DNA from: Atractiella rhizophila
Lineage: Eukaryota
DNA length: 38,362 nucleotides
Direction of reading: 5' to 3'
Assembly: GCA_021432655.1 (NCBI GenBank)
Contig: MU271622.1
Coordinates: forward strand, 1-38,362
Of the stretch, positions 35,466 to 38,362 are shown one piece after another. Positions within the stretch are counted from its first letter, which is position 1. The number at the start of each line of letters is the position of its first letter. The position numbers were made by a program, and so were the translations under genes. Under the pieces are notes generated by a model that did not search any database, was not told where the DNA came from, and was given only the letters and a program-made list of their open reading frames with translations.

Positions 35466-35583
35466 TCAGAGCTTCAACGTTTCGATCGACCCCACCGATC
35501 TCACAACCCCCCCAATCTCTCCCTTCAGAGCTTCAACGTTTCGATCGACCCCACCGATCTCACAACCCCCCCAATCTCTCCCT
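35466..35583. repeat. 59-bp perfect tandem duplication in the pol-integrase spacer
   Basis: tcagagcttcaacgtttcgatcgaccccaccgatctcacaacccccccaatctctccct x2. Confidence 0.92.
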
Positions 35584-36160
35584 TATCAACACCCAATCCA
35601 GACCTCCTTAGCATCACCTACTCTCCTCCTATGCTCTCGTTTCTCGACCACTTCTCGTCTCTTCAAAACAAAGCACCAACTTATCGACTTGATGTTTAGT
35701 TTCATACTCAGATCATATTATCCATCAGCTTCTCCTTTCGAAAATACAATCCCAACTCTTTATAATCAATTTCTTTCCTCTTCTCGACATCACTAACCCT
35801 TTATCAACATCGCTTCAACATTTCACCTCAGCAACATCCTCCACCATTCTTCTTGTCGTTCGACTGCTTCTTCCTTCTGGACTGTGTAAGGGGGACGCGC
35901 GTGTATGAAGACGAATGGGGAGCTGGCGATGGGCCTAACCTGAATTCAGTAGGGTGCTCGTTGGCTAGGACTGGGGGTTGACGGAGTCGAGCCGTGAGTG
36001 CTTGACTGACCGCGAACGGCGCCCAGGGTGTTGTCTCGGGGACGTAGCGATGACGATGACTATGTTTCGGTTTTGTTTCTCTCTCTCATTCTTCAGTTTC
36101 TTATAAGATGATTCACATGTACTGAACTTGCATTTCTATGGAGTAGGCTCGCCCTCGAAG

Positions 36161-37585
36161 ATGGACCCGGTGCTCTACGAACGAATCTACAACTTCCTCT
36201 CTACTGGCTCAGTCCCTAGCCCCGCGTCGAGGAAGAACAACATCGCATTACGAAGGAAGTCGAGAAACTTCATCGTCCACAACCAAGCCCTGTGGTTCGT
36301 AGCGAAGGCGAAGGAAGGAGATGAAGATAGGCTACTGAAGTCGGTATTAAAGGCCGGAGAGCTGGAAGAGAAGGTTCGTTACATCCACGAGAAGGTCACG
36401 GCACACGGTGGGGAGAAGGCAACTCAGATTTCAGCCTCACACCTCTACTACACCGACTCCGCTCTCACCGCTACCGTCAAACGCGTCGTGCGATCTTGCG
36501 CCGCTTGCCAACGACGGCACGAATCCATGCTCCAAAAACGACCTCTCCATCCCATTTACGTTTCGCGACCTCATGAAAGGCTGGGGATAGATCTGGTCGG
36601 ACCGTTCACTGAGACCGTACGTGGCAACTCATACATCATTACGGCGACGGACCACTGCACGAAGTTTGCATGGGCGGAGGCGATCCCGGATAAGAGGATG
36701 GAGACCGTAGCGGAGTGGTTACGGAACCTGTTTATGAACGAAGGAGCGTGGGAGGTAGTGAACATGGATAATGGGAAGGAGTTCGTGAATTCGGCGGTGG
36801 AGAGTGTGTTAGAAGGGATCCAGAAGGCGAGGACAGCTCCCAATCACCCTCAGGCGAATGGCTGTGCGGAACGGTTCAATCAGACGCTCACGAACAAGCT
36901 TACCCTCGTCTCGCAATCTACCACGACTACGGGCGAATGGGACCTCAACGTTCGTTCGGTCCGTTTTCAGTACCTTTGTTCTCATCACTCCTCCATCGGC
37001 ATGACGCCTTATCGAGCTCGTTTCGGACGCGACCCTTTCATTCCTCAACTTCCCCATCCTCCTCGCCTTTCTACGACTTCTCCTGCCATTCACTATAACG
37101 AACTCTCAGACCTACAACGTTGGCAAGACCACCTCACGAAGACACAGCAGCTAGCAGTCGAAAGAAACCAGGAAGCACAGCGGAAGGCGAAGGCGAGAAA
37201 GGACCAAAGTATCCGGAGGAGGGTGGACGAACGCATCTTTGAGATAGGGGATAAGGTGGACGTGAGGGAGGGGACCAGTAAGAAAGCTATGGAGTATGGT
37301 TTCGATAACATTGCAGGGGGGCACACCATCGTCAGCATTACGCGCCACCGTCTCTACGTTATCGACAAGAAGGGATCTCGTGCTCGACGAGGGGATCAAC
37401 TCCGACCTCATCATTCCCCTACTCCCTTTGCAGTTCCCCCACTTCGACCCACAGCTCCCCCTCCCCTTCCATCTCTCCCACCCATCGTCTACCCTGCGTT
37501 TGACCGGAATCCTGGAGCATTACAACCGTTCCTGGAAGAGTGGAATGTCGAGAAGAAAGAAGCGGAGATGGAAAATAGAGTATGA
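36161..37585 (+). CDS. int: DDE integrase encoded as a separate ORF
   Basis: First ATG 36161 in ORF 36128-37585; HHCC (H..AH..CAAC), GIDLVGP, MDNGKEF, HPQANGCAERFNQTL, GMTPY..RFGR. Confidence 0.93.
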   Translation: MDPVLYERIYNFLSTGSVPSPASRKNNIALRRKSRNFIVHNQALWFVAKAKEGDEDRLLKSVLKAGELEEKVRYIHEKVTAHGGEKATQISASHLYYTDSALTATVKRVVRSCAACQRRHESMLQKRPLHPIYVSRPHERLGIDLVGPFTETVRGNSYIITATDHCTKFAWAEAIPDKRMETVAEWLRNLFMNEGAWEVVNMDNGKEFVNSAVESVLEGIQKARTAPNHPQANGCAERFNQTLTNKLTLVSQSTTTTGEWDLNVRSVRFQYLCSHHSSIGMTPYRARFGRDPFIPQLPHPPRLSTTSPAIHYNELSDLQRWQDHLTKTQQLAVERNQEAQRKAKARKDQSIRRRVDERIFEIGDKVDVREGTSKKAMEYGFDNIAGGHTIVSITRHRLYVIDKKGSRARRGDQLRPHHSPTPFAVPPLRPTAPPPLPSLPPIVYPAFDRNPGALQPFLEEWNVEKKEAEMENRV

Positions 37586-38015
37586 AATTAGTCCTGAGTG
37601 GTCCTGCTCCCTCGCCTAGGGTGTCCACCAGGAGGTCGCAGTTGTCGCTTTTTAGCTGAATAAACGTGCACCTGGTTGGGCGAGCGAGAGGGGGCACCAT
37701 TTCGGCGTGAGTCGTTCTTCTCATGCTTCACGGCATACTCTCATTTGCCTTCTGTTACGCGGCCGCGGTTACCCTTCCCTTTCATTTCACATCCTTCTTT
37801 CTCTCACCTCGAGGCCGGACGACATGGACTTCGACGGGACTGAGCTGGGACGACGACGAGCACTCGGGCCATCGGACGGGACGAGCGCATTTCGAGGGGT
37901 TCTCTGTTTCTCTGTTTCTCTGTTTCTAGTACCTTACAACTTTCTCAATGGGCACTAAACGGTCTCTTGTTATTTCTCCCATTTCATTTTTCGCGACGAG
38001 GACGTCGCTTCTTCT

Positions 38016-38025
38016 GGTGGGGGGA
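38016..38025 (+). promoter_or_regulatory. 3' polypurine tract
   Basis: GGTGGGGGGA ending 11 nt before the 3' repeat; the same 15-mer context recurs at 35448-35462. Confidence 0.75.
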
Positions 38026-38036
38026 CGCATAACATA

Positions 38037-38362
38037 TGTTAAACGACTTTTCGTTCGCGCCACATCTGGCTTTCGTTAGAGTTTAAACCGGCCTTCCTAC
38101 CGTCTGCCCGTTTTCCCTCCTTTCTGCTGGTATTCTGTCTCAAGTAGAACCACCACCATCCTCTGTCTCATATACTCTCGTACTATACCTCTCTGCAAGC
38201 GATTCAGTTTCAAACTCGTTAATAGACGTTCGATTGGAGTCGACACCCGATAGCGAAATCAAGCTAAGGAGTAGGAAATCAGGTACACAATTCGGCGCGT
38301 TTACGAAGCCCCCGGGCAGGAGAGGAGGGAAGGTTTTCGCGGTGCGTTGTTTTCGCATAACA
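38037..38362 (+). repeat. 3' LTR (B 317 bp plus terminal CGCATAACA)
   Basis: TGTTA...TAACA inverted termini; the window ends at the CA. Confidence 0.93.

Larger units (their letters stand above)
29980..38362 (+). mobile_element. Ty3/gypsy-type LTR retrotransposon, apparently intact and recently inserted
   Basis: Identical 317-bp direct repeats at 29980-30296 and 38037-38353; ends TGTTA...TAACA; PBS, PPT; gag, PR-RT-RH and IN in gypsy order. Confidence 0.96.

Noticed and set aside
35466..35583. CRISPR-like or artefactual repeat
   Set aside because: Two directly adjacent units without spacers in a eukaryotic retroelement; it also lacks the single-A junction seen in the two suspect duplications.
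37300..37585. Chromodomain at the integrase C-terminus
   Set aside because: No aromatic-cage chromodomain pattern (YLVKW.G..WEP); only an SH3-like segment and a Pro-rich tail.

Overview
Intron-rich fungal (basidiomycete-like) nuclear DNA, with GT..AG introns of about 50-70 nt and CTRAC branch points. Left to right: a 3'-truncated RBR ubiquitin ligase carrying a tegument-like deubiquitinase domain (-), acetyl-CoA transporter (+), Atg22-like MFS effluxer (+), small secreted Cys protein (-), mitochondrial carrier with an apparent +1 frameshift (+), atypical CDK1-like kinase (+), Hrt3/FBXO9-like F-box gene with a 1946-bp tandem duplication (-), a second paralogous small secreted protein (+), histidine phosphatase (+), hypothetical protein (+), Hsp110 (-), hypothetical protein (+), and an apparently intact, very young Ty3/gypsy retrotransposon (29980-38362). 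Three things stand out. (1) The 746-nt first intron of the F-box gene is densely structured, nearly invariant between the two copies, and contains a telomerase-RNA-like core (enclosing helix plus U/A-rich H-type pseudoknot), although a full template is not evident. (2) The retrotransposon has split terminal repeats (B-internal-A.TA.B.A) in which PBS/PPT-defined ends differ from the TG..CA ends, plus a TAATG gag/pol stop-start, a free-standing integrase ORF and a central PPT copy. (3) The DUB-RBR ligase fusion. All exon boundaries and RNA pairings were worked out by eye.
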